A stretch of 64,000 bases of DNA from Somniosus microcephalus (Eukaryota), in NCBI GenBank assembly GCA_052327205.1, contig CM126203.1:226858001-226922000 (forward strand), in the 5' to 3' direction. Within the stretch, counting starts at the first letter, position 1; each line of letters opens with the position of its first letter. Under the pieces are notes generated by a model. That model had not been told where the DNA came from and made no database searches. It was given only the letters and a program-made list of their open reading frames with translations. The position numbers and the translations under genes were made by a program. Positions 34,875-47,336 of the stretch are shown here, piece by piece.

Positions 34875-35108
34875 AAGCTGTCAGCCTTGGCTCCGTGTTG
34901 GCCTTCTCGCCTGAGTCAGAAGGTTGTGGGTTCAAGCCCTACTCCAGAGTCTTGAGCACATAATCTACTGACAATTCTGTGCAGTACTGAGGGAGTGCTG
35001 CACTGTCGGAGGTGCCGTCATTCAGATGAGAAGTTAATTGAGGCCCTGTCTGCCCTATCGGGTGGATGTAAAATATCCCATGGCATTATTCAAAGAGCAG
35101 GAGAGTCC
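34875..35108 (+). mobile_element. 5' part of a tRNA-headed DeuSINE-like SINE
   Basis: B-box-like GGTTCAAGCCC at ~34929; continues into GGATGTAAAA..CCCATGGCA..AAGAGCAGG, matching the reverse complement of the 25.7-25.8 kb SINE. Confidence 0.7.
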
Positions 35109-37424
35109 CCACTTATGCACACTCCACCTACCCAAGTCTAGAGAGCTTCAGTACAGATTGGCAACAGCCATTGGTTAGGCTGATTTCTTGATATAATGCC
35201 CATCTTGTCTTCTTCCCTCTAAGGAACAGATCACATGATGTGAAAGGACTCTTCATCTATATTATAAACTTTATAAATGAGTCTGAGTGGAGCTAAAAAG
35301 TATTTGCAATTTATTGTTTCTCTTTATCAAAGTTTGTGTGCCATTTTGAGGCTACAAACCTGTGAAAGACTTTTTACGTCAATTACTGGTGGTAAGTGCA
35401 CAATTGTTTGGTTTCCTGCAGGGCTGGAGCTGCAGTTGCAGAGCACTGCCTTTCAATTCTTTCTTCTAAACAGTTAACTTCCATGCTTCAGGCCAAGTCT
35501 CTGGAATAATATGATAGTTTGATTCAATTGTATTAAGTTCTGTGGCCCATTTATATAGTAGTAACGCCTCCAGAGGCAGCAGTATAAATGTGCCTCTCTC
35601 CAAAGGCTGGGAACCTCCCCTCGTGAAGTACAATTCGACAGCAAACACTGAGCTCTAGCTAGCCTGTGTTCCATAAGTAATGCGATTCTTCATGCTGTTG
35701 GCCCCCTGCCATTTAAAATGGTTTGAGGCCAGAATGGGAAACATGAACATGACTTTTTTCACCCATTCCTCCCTCCCACTGATGATGTTGACTTCTTGCT
35801 GTGCTATGCTTTCGTGGTTGCTGGTTCCCTTCTAATACCTTGTCTACATGACCTTCGATTCATGTGTGAGCCTTGATGATGACTATCGACAGGCTGATCT
35901 CCCACAGCCAAAGCCAGTTTTGTCCTTTTCCAATAACGACACATACACACTTTCAATAGACGTCACTGGGTAGCAGAAAGGGATCTCTTTCCCCCAACCC
36001 CCGCCACCCAACTTGGTGTACTGACACCAGATATTGTGCTCCTACCACTGTCTGGAGATAAGTTAATTCAACAGAAACTGAAGATTGAACCTGGAACGTA
36101 GTGGTCTGTCTGACTGTCGGATGAACTTGCCGAGCTGTCCAGGAACAGGACTTTGTGCCTCTGGTTCAGGTGTTGCTGAATCTGGTTTGCAGTATAAGTG
36201 GGCCGAATTTGACACAACAAATTGAAATGGAGTACGAGATGAAATGCTAGGATGCAGGTTTGTTACGATATTCCTCTGGTAAATTCAGTCACATCCTGAT
36301 AATTGATGGGCTTCCTTTGAGGGAATAAAGTCTCCTAAATAGGTGATTGTAGCAGCACCTCAGGAGGAAGTGCCACTCCATCAGTGATATAAATATTGAG
36401 GCCTGAGGTTTTCTGGTTGCTGGTTGGCTGAACATTTAATTCTGCTGCTACGGACCAGTAAAACCCAGCCAATCACAAAGATATGGCAGCGAGAACCTGT
36501 CTTGAATCATGGCTTTAAACAGCTGCGCATGTTTGAGCTCACAATATCTGCTGTTGCTCTGTTGTTGAATTCACCCCACAATATAAATGCCACAGTTTGC
36601 ACAGCAATTGCTCCTTTATTGCAGAATGACCTCTTGTCATATAACTAGGCCATATCATGGCACGGAACCCACTCTCGCAGAGCATTTGCCTTGAATCGTA
36701 GTTTTGTAGGAACAGATGCATTCCTGCCCTTTTGGCTGGGAGGGTAACTTTATAAAAAGCCTTTTCAAAAAAATCTTTAAATATATATATTTAAAAAAAG
36801 TCAGAAATGTAAGTTTGGGTCACTTAAAGGAGTTACTGGCTATAATTAGAATAATTAAACCTCTTATAGTGTTTTGATGTCTAGTCGCTGCCAGAAATAA
36901 CATTCCAGCAATTCCTTCAGTTGGGCTGCATTCATGGCCTAGAGCTCCTGTAAAATCAGACTCTGCCCTTTTAATCAGCATTGTGTTATTGGAGGGCTAT
37001 CCTTCAAATTGTTTTAAAACGATTCAAATGGAAACACTGTCTTGACCTGCAGTTAACAGAGAAGCAGCTTTTGCAAATCGATAGAAATATTCGTGTCCCA
37101 TTCCAGAACACAATTATAATGTCCTCTGCATGTTACTGAAAACCATTTCATTTATATAAGATTGCATGGCCTCCTTAGATGAATAAGTCCATTGATGAGA
37201 AGGACACTGTGTGTCTGCCCACATCTGGACCAGAACTGATCAAAGTGGCCAATTGAGTTTAATCCTTCTATCCAGCTTTGCCCAGTTTGCAGTATCATGG
37301 AAACTAGCTAATTCCTAATGAATAGAATAACATAGAAAAACCTGAAAGAACACTGCAATTTCCCTCTCATCCCCAAAGTTAAAGTCTAGGATATTGTGGT
37401 GGCTCTATTGGGGTAGTAGAAATG

Positions 37425-38010
37425 CTGGAATACAGAGGGGAGGAAGTGATGCTTCAGTTTATAGAGCCTTGGTCAGATGCCATCTGGAGCACTGCATTTA
37501 GTTTCGGGAACGCACCTGAGGAAAGCTATATTGGCCTTGGATGAGTTACAGCGCAGACTCACCAGAATTCTATCCGGGCTTAACGGGTTAAATTATGAGG
37601 ATAGGTTGCATAAACTTGGCTTGTATTCGTTTGAGTTTAGAAGGTTGAGGGGTGATCTAATCAAGGTCTTTAAAATGATAAACTGATTCGATAGGGTAGA
37701 TATGGAAAAACTAACTCCTCTGGTGGGGGAATCAAGAACGAGGGTGCACAATTAGAGCTGGGCCATTTAGGAGTGAAATCAGGAAGCAGTTTTTCACACA
37801 AAGGGCATTGAAAATCTGGAATTCTCACCCCCCAAAAGGCTGTGGATGCTGGGTTCTTTGAAATTTTCAACACTGTGATCGATAGATTTTTATTAGGTAA
37901 GGTTATCAAGAGATATGGCTCAAAGACGGGTAAACGGAGGTACAGATCAGCTATGACCTAATTAAATGGTGGAACAGGCTCATTGGCCTACTTCTGTTCC
38001 TATGTTCCTA
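37425..38010 (+). mobile_element. CR1 LINE 3' fragment
   Basis: QRRLTRIL..YEDRLHKLGLYSFEFRRLRGDLIKVFK; tail TGTTCCTATGTTCCTA. Confidence 0.85.
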
Positions 38011-38040
38011 CTGCTACTGTGCTGGAAATTTAAAATATTT

Positions 38041-39516
38041 GGCCTGGAATTTCCTGAAACACTAACCGGCAGGTTAAGCATAAATTCACGCCGATCTTTC
38101 TGTTAGCAAGTTATGCGAAATGTTCTGAGAATCTCATTAGTATACACTGGCATGTAAAAACCAGCATAAAACAAGTGGAAATCAGCATAAACAATCGAGG
38201 CACGAGGAAAGCACCGAAGTTCCAGCATATTGGCCTGGATTTTGCGGTAGGAATAACGGCGAGGCTATTGGTGCTCACCGTTATTGAGGAGTAAATCGGT
38301 CAGCAACCTCTGGCGTTCGTACATGCTCACATAAATGTGTAAATCGGGAAGTTGCTGTCCAAGTTTCCCTGCTCCTCCAGAAGCTTTGCTCTAACAGTAT
38401 CTCGCCAAGAGACCTGGCATTCACATACATGAAGGGTGCGAAATTGGGGTACTTATCCACTAGATACCCACTAAACATGCCAGAAAAAGTTAGGACTTGT
38501 CCATTCAAGTGTAAGTGAATTTTTAACTGTATGGTAAGTCTTTTAATTACTGCCGAACAACCTCTCTGGCACTGAAAATTTACTTTTAAAAGTGTGGAGT
38601 CTCATTCCTTCAGATTTTAATTAATATTGGAGATTAAAAAAAAAAAAAAAAAATCCTTTCCGTCTCATTTACCTCTCTCTCTTAATCCCATCTTTCTTTC
38701 CCTCTATTTCACTTTCTGTACATGATTTGGCATTGAATTAACAATTCTAATTTACACTTCCTGGTTCAGGCTCTGTGTGCCTCAGTAAGGATTCTTCAAT
38801 CTGATTGGTTAAGGAGACACACTGTTGCTTGTCCTGTTCACACAGATCCCAGATCCCCGGTAGAGGGCGCCACGCTGTTTTGATTCTAATTACCGCAAAT
38901 CGCAGTGCAAAAACCCACAGAAGACTGGGCAAGTGTAAACGTAATGAACGGCTGGCACCATTTGTCCGCCACTGACCGCAAAATCCGGGCAGTTACTTCT
39001 TTAAGTCCCTCTTTACACATGAAGATTAAAGTTTGAAGCCATCAAACTACAGTATTATTTATGCACATTAAGCTCAGCATGTTTAAGAAAATGCAATTGT
39101 GGAAGTTTTTCAACTTTTAATGCAAATTATTCTGATAGCATAAAGATGCTCTCAAAGATAGAGAAAATACATTTTAGACCTCGGTGAAGAGAATTTTTTT
39201 TTTAATTTGCAATTAAGCACCGGAAGAAATATGACTTTGGGTCCTGTTGTGCCTAAAATTTTAGGTGTAAATTTACATCAAATTTAGAGCTGGTGTAAAT
39301 TCAAGAAATTCATGTGAGCTGCATTTTTGCTTGGGGAGGGATGGAGCTATGTTAGAGTGCCAGCAGGTTTCAGCCGAGGGGTTTTGTTGAATCGGTGTAA
39401 AAGATAAGGAAATTGGGGGATAGTGTAAAAATGAGTATGTAATTTACACCCAAATTTCCTCGAGCTTTTGCGGCATTACCCTGTACTTATGACGTTGTTT
39501 CAGAAAATTCTGGGCC
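38041..39516. mobile_element. Harbinger-like MITE containing a nested MITE
   Basis: TIR GGCCTGGAATTTCCTGAAAC / GTTTCAGAAAATTCTGGGCC (17/20); ATTT on both flanks. Confidence 0.75.
38232..38991. mobile_element. Nested Harbinger-like MITE
   Basis: TIR GGCCTGGATTTTGCGGT / ACCGCAAAATCCGGGCA; body resembles 49802-50544. Confidence 0.75.
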
Positions 39517-41461
39517 ATTTCCTTCTACTTATGCTTCATCTCCAGAAAATGGTGACTCACATTAGGATATGATTCCCCAACACTGGCAGCCTCTGGTACC
39601 TTCACCAAGTGTCCATCCTTCATGTGTAAGCCTGGACACTGAATCGTGGTGCACTATTTAACCTTGGGGTCATCACAAGGTTAGGACTGGGTGCCCCTCT
39701 TTTCCTCACTCCCTACCAGGGTACCTGAAACCACCTGTAATGCACCTAGTGTTACCCCAGATGAGATTTGCTAGTTTAACATTAACCAGGCAGTCAGTGG
39801 CGGATCATGTGATATTTATGTTAAATTCTACGTATCTTTATTTCTCAATTTTCTTCCCACCCATCCCTCCTGAAGGTGTTTGGGTACTTGCTTGGATACA
39901 ATACCATGGGCACTAGTTACCCTCTGATACCTTGTCCAAGTAACCATTCTTCATCTGTGAACCTTGAAGGATGAGTGTCAGCAGTTGTTTTGACCACGTG
40001 GAGCAGAATAATGAAGTTAGATCATGTCCTCACCTGATGCCCACTTGTGCAGTTCCAGTAGGGGTTGCTGGATAGCAATCAGGAGCTGAAACCCTGGCAT
40101 TTTTCCCCTCCCTAACCCAGTGGCTATTTGTATTTTTTACATCAAATTTACAGCACAGAAACAGGCCATTCATTCAGCCCAACTGGTCTGTGCTGGTGTT
40201 TATGCTCCACATTAGGCTCCTCCCACTCTACTTTAACTAACCCTATCTGCATATCCTTCTATTCCTTTCTCTCTCTTGTGTTTATCTAGTTTCCCCTTAA
40301 AGGCATCTATGCTATTTGCCACAACTACTCCTTGTGGTAGCAAGTTCCACATTCTCACCACTCTCTCTCTGGGTAAAGAAGTTTCTCCTGAATTCTTTAT
40401 TGAATTTATTAGTGACTATCTTGTGTATTATATATGTGAGATCAAAAAACAGCTGAGCGCACTAGATACAGCGAAGGCTATGGGCCCCGACAACATCCGG
40501 CTGTCGTGCTGAAGACTTGTGCTCCAGAAGTAGCCAGGCCTCTAGCCAAGCTGTTCCAGTACAGCTACAACACTGGCATCTACCCGACAATGTGGAAAAC
40601 TGCCCAGGTATGTCTTGTCCACAAAAAGCAGGACAAATCCAATCTGGCCAATTACTGCTCCCATCACTCTACTCTCAATCATCAGCAAAGTGATGGAAGG
40701 TGTCATCGACAGTGCTATCAAGCGGTAGTTAGTCAGGACATTGCTGCAGGAGTTCCTCAGGGCAGTGTCCTAGGCCCAACCATCTTCAGTTGTTTCATCA
40801 CTGACCTTCCCTCCATCATAAGAACATAAGACGTAGGAGCAGGAGTAGGTCCTTTGGCCCATAGAGCCTGCTCCTCCATTCAATAAGATCATGGCTGATC
40901 TGATCTTGGCCTCAACTCCACTTAAATAAGGAGACCAAAACTGTACGCAGTACTCCAGCTGTGGTCTCACCAACGTCCTGTACAGTTGTAACAGGACTTC
41001 CCTACTTTTATACTCCATTCCCTTTGCAATAAAGGCCAACATTCCATTTGCCTTCCTAATTACTTGCTGTACCTGCATGCTAACGTTTTGTGATTCATGT
41101 ACAAGGACCCCAGAGCCCTCTATACCTCGCTCCCCATTTAAATAATTTGCTTTTTTATTTTTCCTACCAAAGTGGTTAACTTGCATTTTCCCACATTAAA
41201 CTCCATCTGCCAGATTTTTGCCCACTTACTTAGCCTATCTATATCCCTTTGGAGATTCTTTGCGTCCTCCACACAATTTACTTTCCCACCTATCTATGTA
41301 TCATCAGCAAATTTGGCTACATTACACTCAGTCCCTTCATCCAAGCCATTAATATAGATTGTAAATACAGGAAACTCTCTCTTAACCGGCGCCTAAATAT
41401 CTGGAAATCTCTCTTAACCGGCAAAATTCAGGAGTAGGTTAAGGTAAGTTATTATATATTA

Positions 41462-41644
41462 GTGGCCGTGTAACCGGCGGTTGCTGGATCTGTGGCCGTG
41501 TAACCGGGGATTCCTGGATCTGTGGCCGTGTAACCGGGGTTCCTGCACCTGTGGCCGTGCAACAGGAACTCCTGGATCTGTGGCTGTGTAACCGAGACTC
41601 CTGCACAACTGCCGTGTAACCGGGGCTCCTGCACCTGTGGCCGT
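41462..41644 (+). repeat. ~6 copies of a 29-30-bp unit GTGGCCGTGTAACCGGGG.TCCTG(G/C)A(T/C)CT
   Basis: Directly visible. Confidence 0.9.
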
Positions 41645-43069
41645 TGTAGGGGGTGGCGCGTGAGCCCAGTCAGTTATGCCTCTGACTGCCCGTGAGCGGT
41701 TCGAATCGCTCCCACGCCCCTGAGATTCTCGACACCGGACTTAGGTACAGGTAGCGATACAGAAAAGACTCGAGTAGACGTGGTTTGGATGTAAGCAAAA
41801 CTCAGGATTTTATTAAACAGGAAAAATTAATACAGTCTTAAGAGAAATTACCAGTATATAACATTACAGGCAAATACAAATAACTATACTTATACAGGGA
41901 ATGGGGAACACACGGCACATTGAGGGAAAACAACTATCTTAACAATCCCCTTATCCTTATCCCACCCCCTATACCTAACGAGATTAAGCTATGAGGGGCC
42001 AGAATTTATGCTCACCAATCAAAAGGGTTTGTTGGACTCAAAACAGCGGTGGGGTTCGAGGTTCGCTCTTGGTGCTCTCTGGAGCCTGCCGCCATCACGT
42101 GGTCTCCAGGCGCTGCAAGGGCGTTGTCCAGGTTCGAGTACCCCAAAGTTAAAGTCTCTGTTTAGGTACTTTACCTTGCAGGGATGATTCCTCTTCTTCG
42201 GCCGACAGTTTGAGTTTGCATGAAGATAGTCGCAGGTTGGCTGAGACTGAAGGCCCGATGATTCGAAGCCTACCCTCAGTTCGTCTCCTCCTCAGGTCGT
42301 CTCCTCAGTTGGTCTTCCTCAGTTGGTCTTCCATCCTCCCCTCGTCGCGTCCCGCCTCGCCTGAATTGTCCGTGTCCGCCCGATGCAGTGCCTGGGCGAT
42401 TTCCAGATGAAGTGGCAAAAGGCATGGGCAAAGGCCAGGGGGTAAGCGCGGGACGGGGAAAGAGCGATAGCCACGAGGGCGAGGGGCAGAAGAGCCGAGC
42501 AGAGCAGAGAGAGAAGAGAGAGATTGCTACCTGGGGCCTTCAATTATACTCTTTTCGAAAACCCTTATCTGCGCGCCAAATCAGGTTAGTTCTTTGTCTT
42601 AATCTTGGCGGGCTATTTTAAATAATGGTAGCAATCTATGCTAACTTTTTAGATGGCCGGTAATCGCATCTACTGGCCCGATAATTGACTTGTTTTGTCA
42701 TGAATGTTCCTTGATGGGCCTGTCCAGCCTCGATGGCTTTCTTAATCTGTTTCCAATTATATATGTAAACTGCTTGATGGCCTTAACTATAGGCCTAACT
42801 GAATTTAGATTTGTCTCCGATTCGGTCTAATACATAATTCAAAGTCATGTCTGGTTTCAAAATACAAAGTCTCTCTTCACAGAAACTGCAGCTTTGGTTT
42901 TGATCCACAAGCTGTCTGCGTTGCAGAGTCCATTTTAAAACCTCACAGGCTTTCTGCCACGAGGCACGGACACCATCTTGGGTACCCTTTTTGATTTAAA
43001 ATGTCCACGCAGGGTCCCGTTTATTAATAACAACCTTCGGGGAAATGTAGAAATTTTGCAAATCTTACA
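41645..43069 (-). mobile_element. Solo LTR (~1.4 kb; ERV- or Gypsy-type)
   Basis: TGTAGG..CTTACA ends; 4-bp TSD CCGT/CTGT (one CpG transition); AATAAA on the minus strand at ~41810; host tandem repeat resumes after it. Confidence 0.75.
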
Positions 43070-43390
43070 CTGTGTACGGGGCTCTCGTACCTTGGTAAGT
43101 ATACCTCTCTGTAATCCGGACTTTTTGATCAACCGGCACCATGCCGGTCCCGTCGGTGTCGGATAAAAAAGAGTTTCCTGTAGTTGAGGCCCCAGTACTG
43201 ATCCCTGCAGCAACCCACTAGTTACAGTTTGCCAACCTGAAAATGACCCATTTATCCCGACTCTCTGTTTTCTGTTAGTTAGCCAATCCTCTATCCATGC
43301 TAATATATTACCCCCAACCCCGTGAGCTCTTAGCTTGTGTAGTAACCTTTTATGTGGCACCATATCGAATGCCTTCTGGAAATCCAAATA

Positions 43391-43708
43391 CAAGAAACTT
43401 TGTGTTATCCGGAGGCTAACTGTCCGGAATGCTCGAGCCACCGGCAAAAATCAGGAGCCGTTTTAGTTAGGTTTTTTTTCTTCTCCTTGCTTTTTTTCTC
43501 AACAGTCAAGCTCTGCAAGGTCTGCTGAAGCTGTTGCTAAGCTACAGAGACGCTTGGACTGTTTAGAAGCTGTTGCAACAGGGTTTGTTGACAGATACGG
43601 AGCTCAAAAGCTTCCGTATCTTTCAACATTAGCGCTGGAGTGTCCGGCATTTTTGAGGGAACGGCAACAGCTAGGTCCCGTCGGTGCCGGATAGCACAAA
43701 GTTTCCTG
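43391..43708. mobile_element. 318-bp Tigger/pogo-like MITE
   Basis: 22-bp TIR CA(A/G)GAAACTTTGTG(T/C)TATCCGG (20/22); TA TSD; right end similar to 43145-43180. Confidence 0.9.
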
Positions 43709-46700
43709 TACACGACATCTACTGGTTCCCCTTTATCCACCCTGCTCCATACACCCTCGAAGAATTCCAGCAAATTTGTCAAACATGATTTCCCTTTCAT
43801 AAAACCATGCTGACTCTGCTTGACTATATTATGATTTTCTTAATGTCCTGCTACCACTCCCTTAATGATGGACTCCAGCATTTTCTCAGTGACAGATGTT
43901 AGGCTAACTGGTCGATAGTTGCCTGATTTCTGTCTCCTTCCTTTCTTGAATAGTGGTATTACATTTGCGGTTTTCCAGTCCGCTGGGACCTCTCCAGAAT
44001 CCAGGGAATTTTGGTAGATTACAACCAATGCATCCACTATCTCTGCAGCCACCTCTTTTAAGACGCTAGGATGCAGGTCATTGGGCCCAGGGGACTTGTC
44101 CACCTTTAGTCCCATTAGTTTGCCTAGTACTTTCTCTCTAGTGATAGTGATTGTTTTAAGTTCCCCACCGCACCCCCAATAGCCCCTTGATTATCCATTA
44201 TTGGGATGCTTTTAGTGTCTTCTACCGTGAAGACCAATACAAAATATTTGTTCAAAGTCTCTGCCATTTCCCTGTTTCCCATTATTAATTCCCCAGACTC
44301 ACCCTCCAGGAGACCAACACTTACTTTAGCTACTCTCTTCCTTTTTATATACCTGTAGAAGGTCTTGTCTGTTATATTTCTTGCTAGCTTACTCTCATAA
44401 GCTATCTTCTCTCACTTTATCATTTTTTTAGTCATCCTTTGCTGGTTTTTAAAAATTTCCCAATCCTCTGGCCTTTCACTATTCTTCACAACATTGTATG
44501 CATTTGTTTTCAATTTGATACCATCCTTTACTTCCTTAGTTAGCCACAGATGGTTCATCCTTCTCTTAGAGTCTTTCTTTCTCACTGGAATATATCTTTG
44601 CTGAGAGTTATGAAATATCTGCTTGAATGTTTGCCATTGCTTTTCCACAGTCTTGCCTTGTAATATGTTTTCCCAGTCCACTTTAACCAACTCTGCCTTC
44701 ATACCTTTGTAATTACCTTTGTTTAAGTTCAGGACACTAGTTTGAGACCTAGCTTTCTCACCCTCAAACTGAATTTGAAATTCTACCATGCTATGATCAC
44801 TCTTCCCAAGAGGATCCTTCACTTCGAGAACATTAATTAATCCAGCCTTGTTACACATTACCAGATCTAAAATAGTCTTCTCCCTGGTTGGTTGCACAAC
44901 ATATTGTTCTAAGAAACCATCCCGTATACACTCTAAGAACTCTTCCTCAAGTCTACCTTTGCCAATTTGCTTTGTCCAATCAATATGAAGATTAAAATCA
45001 CCCATGATTATAGTTGTACCTTTCTCCTTTCTTACAGCCTCTATTATTTCTTGATTTATACTCTGTCCTACAGTGTGGCTACTGTTTGGGGGCCTGTAGA
45101 CCACTCCCACCAGTGACCTCTTAACCTTATTATTTCTTATCTCCACCCAAACTGATTCTACATCTTGATCTGCTTGGCCAATATAATTTCTCATTACTAC
45201 ACTGATCTCATCCCTTATTAACAGAGCTACACCCACCTCCTTTTCCTTTCTGCCTATCCTTACGAAATGGCAAATACCCTGAATATTCAGTTCCCAGCCT
45301 TGGTCACCTTGCAACCACGTCTCTGTAATGGTCAGAAATAGGGATATTCGCTGATAACTGCACAGTGTTCAGTTCCATTTGCAACTCCTCAGATAATGAA
45401 GCAATCCATGCCCGCAAGCAGCAAGACCTGGCTTGGGCTGATAAGTGGCAAGTAGCACTCACGCCACACGAGTACCAGGCAATGACTATCTCCAACAAGG
45501 GTGTCTAACCACCGCCCCTTACATTCAGTGGTATTACCATCGCCAAATCCCCCACCATCAACATCCTGGGGTCAGCATTGACCAGAAACTTAACTGGGCT
45601 AGCCACATAAATACTGTGGCAACAAGAGCAGGTCAGAGGCTGGGTATTCTACAGCGAGTGTCTCACCACCTGACTACCCAAAGCCTTTCCACCATCTACA
45701 AGGCACAAGTAAGGAATGTGATGGAATACTCTCCACTTGCCTGGATGAGTGAAGCTCTAACAACACTCAAGAAGCTCGGCACCATCAAGGACAAAGCAGC
45801 CCACTTGATTGGCACCCCATCCACCACCTTCACTCCATCCACCAGCGGCGTACCGTGGCTGCAGTGTGTACAATTTACAAGATGCACTGCAGCAACTCGC
45901 CAAGGTTTCTTCGACGACACCTCCCAAACCCGCAACCTCTATCACCTAGAAGGACAAGGGCAACAGACGCATAGGACCACAACCACCTGCAAGTTCCCCT
46001 CCAAGTCACACACCATCCTGACTTGGAAATATAACCTTCATCGTCGCTGAGTTAAAATCCTGGAACTCCCTAACAGCTCTATGGGAGTACCTTCACCTCA
46101 CGGACTGCAGTGGTTCAAGAAGGTGGCTCATCACCACCTTCTCGAGGGCAGTTAAGGATGGTCAATAAATGCTGGCCTTGCCAGTGATGCCCACATCCCA
46201 GGAACAGATTTTTTTTTAAATTATAGCTTCTAGTTTTGGACACCTCCACAAGTGGAAACATCTTCTCTATGTCGTATTGCCCCAGATGCCACCCTGTCTG
46301 AGATCAGCTAACAGAATGGGCATTGAATCCGGGACCCTTCTGTCTTGTATGCCTCAGGCACTCGCTGGATAAACCTGCTGAGCCTTCAGAAGCAACTGCT
46401 GATGATTTTTTTAAATTAGTTGTCAAGTTGCAGCATCAGCAGATTTACTACAGTGTCAATTAAGGCAGTCCTTTTAAAGCACACATCCACTAAATGATCA
46501 ATATTGTGCCTCAATACAATACCAGTGCCTGATTCTCGCTGTAATACTTTGAGCTGTTTAAATAGGCACATTCTAATTCCACATTCAATTGAAGTTTAAT
46601 AAGGACCCTTGAGTGGGCCAGTTTCACAGAAAAATTGCTTAGCAGTGTAAAAGTGGACAGCTTACTATCTGCCATGATGCAGTGGAGTAGGAGAAACTTC

Positions 46701-46844
46701 TTTGTGGCTTTGTTTTATCTGTTCTTGGGATGTGGGCAACATTGGGTGGCAGCATTTATTGCCCATCCCTTAGGGCATTAGGCTGTGGTGAGCCTAGCAG
46801 AGTGGCTACGGACTGGAATCTTTAATGAAAGTGGAGAAGGTGAA

Positions 46845-47105
46845 AGGTACTGTTCAAAATTATGAGGGGCTTTGTTGAAGTAAATAGGAAAAGAAACTCC
46901 TTCTGCTGGTCAGTGAGTCAATAACCAGAAGGCATAAACTTAAGATTATCACAAAAAGAACCAAGGGAAAACTTGGGAGGTTTTTTTTACACAGTATTTT
47001 TACCAAAAACAGTGGTGGAGCAGAATCTATAATAACCTTTTAAGGGGAAGTACATCAATATTTGAAAAATAAAAACTTTAAAAGGCAGGGGAATGGGACT
47101 AAGTG
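46845..47105 (+). mobile_element. Degenerate CR1 3' fragment
   Basis: Similar to 55650-55930. Confidence 0.6.
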
Positions 47106-47336
47106 GCTAACTCTCGAGAGTTGCTGCGAGCAGTTCTGGGCACCGCACCGTAGGAAGGATATATTGGCCTTGGAGGGAGTGCAGCGTAGGTTTACCAGAA
47201 TGATACCCGGACCTCAAGGGTTAAGTTATGAGGAGAGATCATTCAAACTAGGGTTGTGTTCCCTGGAATTTAGAAGGTTAAGGGGTGATCTGACCAAAGT
47301 TTTCAAGATATTAAGGGGAACAGGTGGGGTAGATAG

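Larger units (their letters stand above)
41368..43180. mobile_element. Tc1/mariner (Tigger/pogo-like) non-autonomous element containing a tandem array and a solo LTR
   Basis: TIR CAGGAAACTCT / AGAGTTTCCTG; TA TSD (41366-41367, 43181-43182); CR1 sequence continuous across it. Confidence 0.88.
40817..45330 (-). mobile_element. Long CR1 LINE (endonuclease through RT and 3' tail), decayed, carrying two Tigger-like MITEs
   Basis: ORF 44412-45314 APE (GVVYRPP, MGDFN, LDLV, SDH); 43840-44115 (WKTANVIPLFKKG, NYRPVSLTS); 43537-43800 (KSCLTNL); 42935-43447 (YLDFQKAFD, QGSVLGP); 40770-41186 (RPQLEYCVQFWSP); tail (CATAAGAA)n. Confidence 0.92.
40432..46215 (+). mobile_element. LINE-A copy (RT to 3' tail) split by a CR1 into 40432-40822 and 45331-46215
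   Basis: ORF 40506-40829 (GVPQGSVLGPTIF..DLPSII) joins GTCAGAAATAGGGATATTCGCTGAT at 45331, as in the copy at ~7000-7040; ORF 45445-46050 is the RT C-terminus. Confidence 0.88.
40135..46272 (-). mobile_element. Old CR1-type 3' fragment split into ~40135-40430 and ~46220-46272 by a LINE-A insertion
   Basis: ..GTGACTATCTTG.. appears to continue as ..CTAGTTTTGGACACCTCCACAAGTGGAAACATCTTCTCT; the tail matches the reverse complement of 59.0-59.1 kb. Confidence 0.6.
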
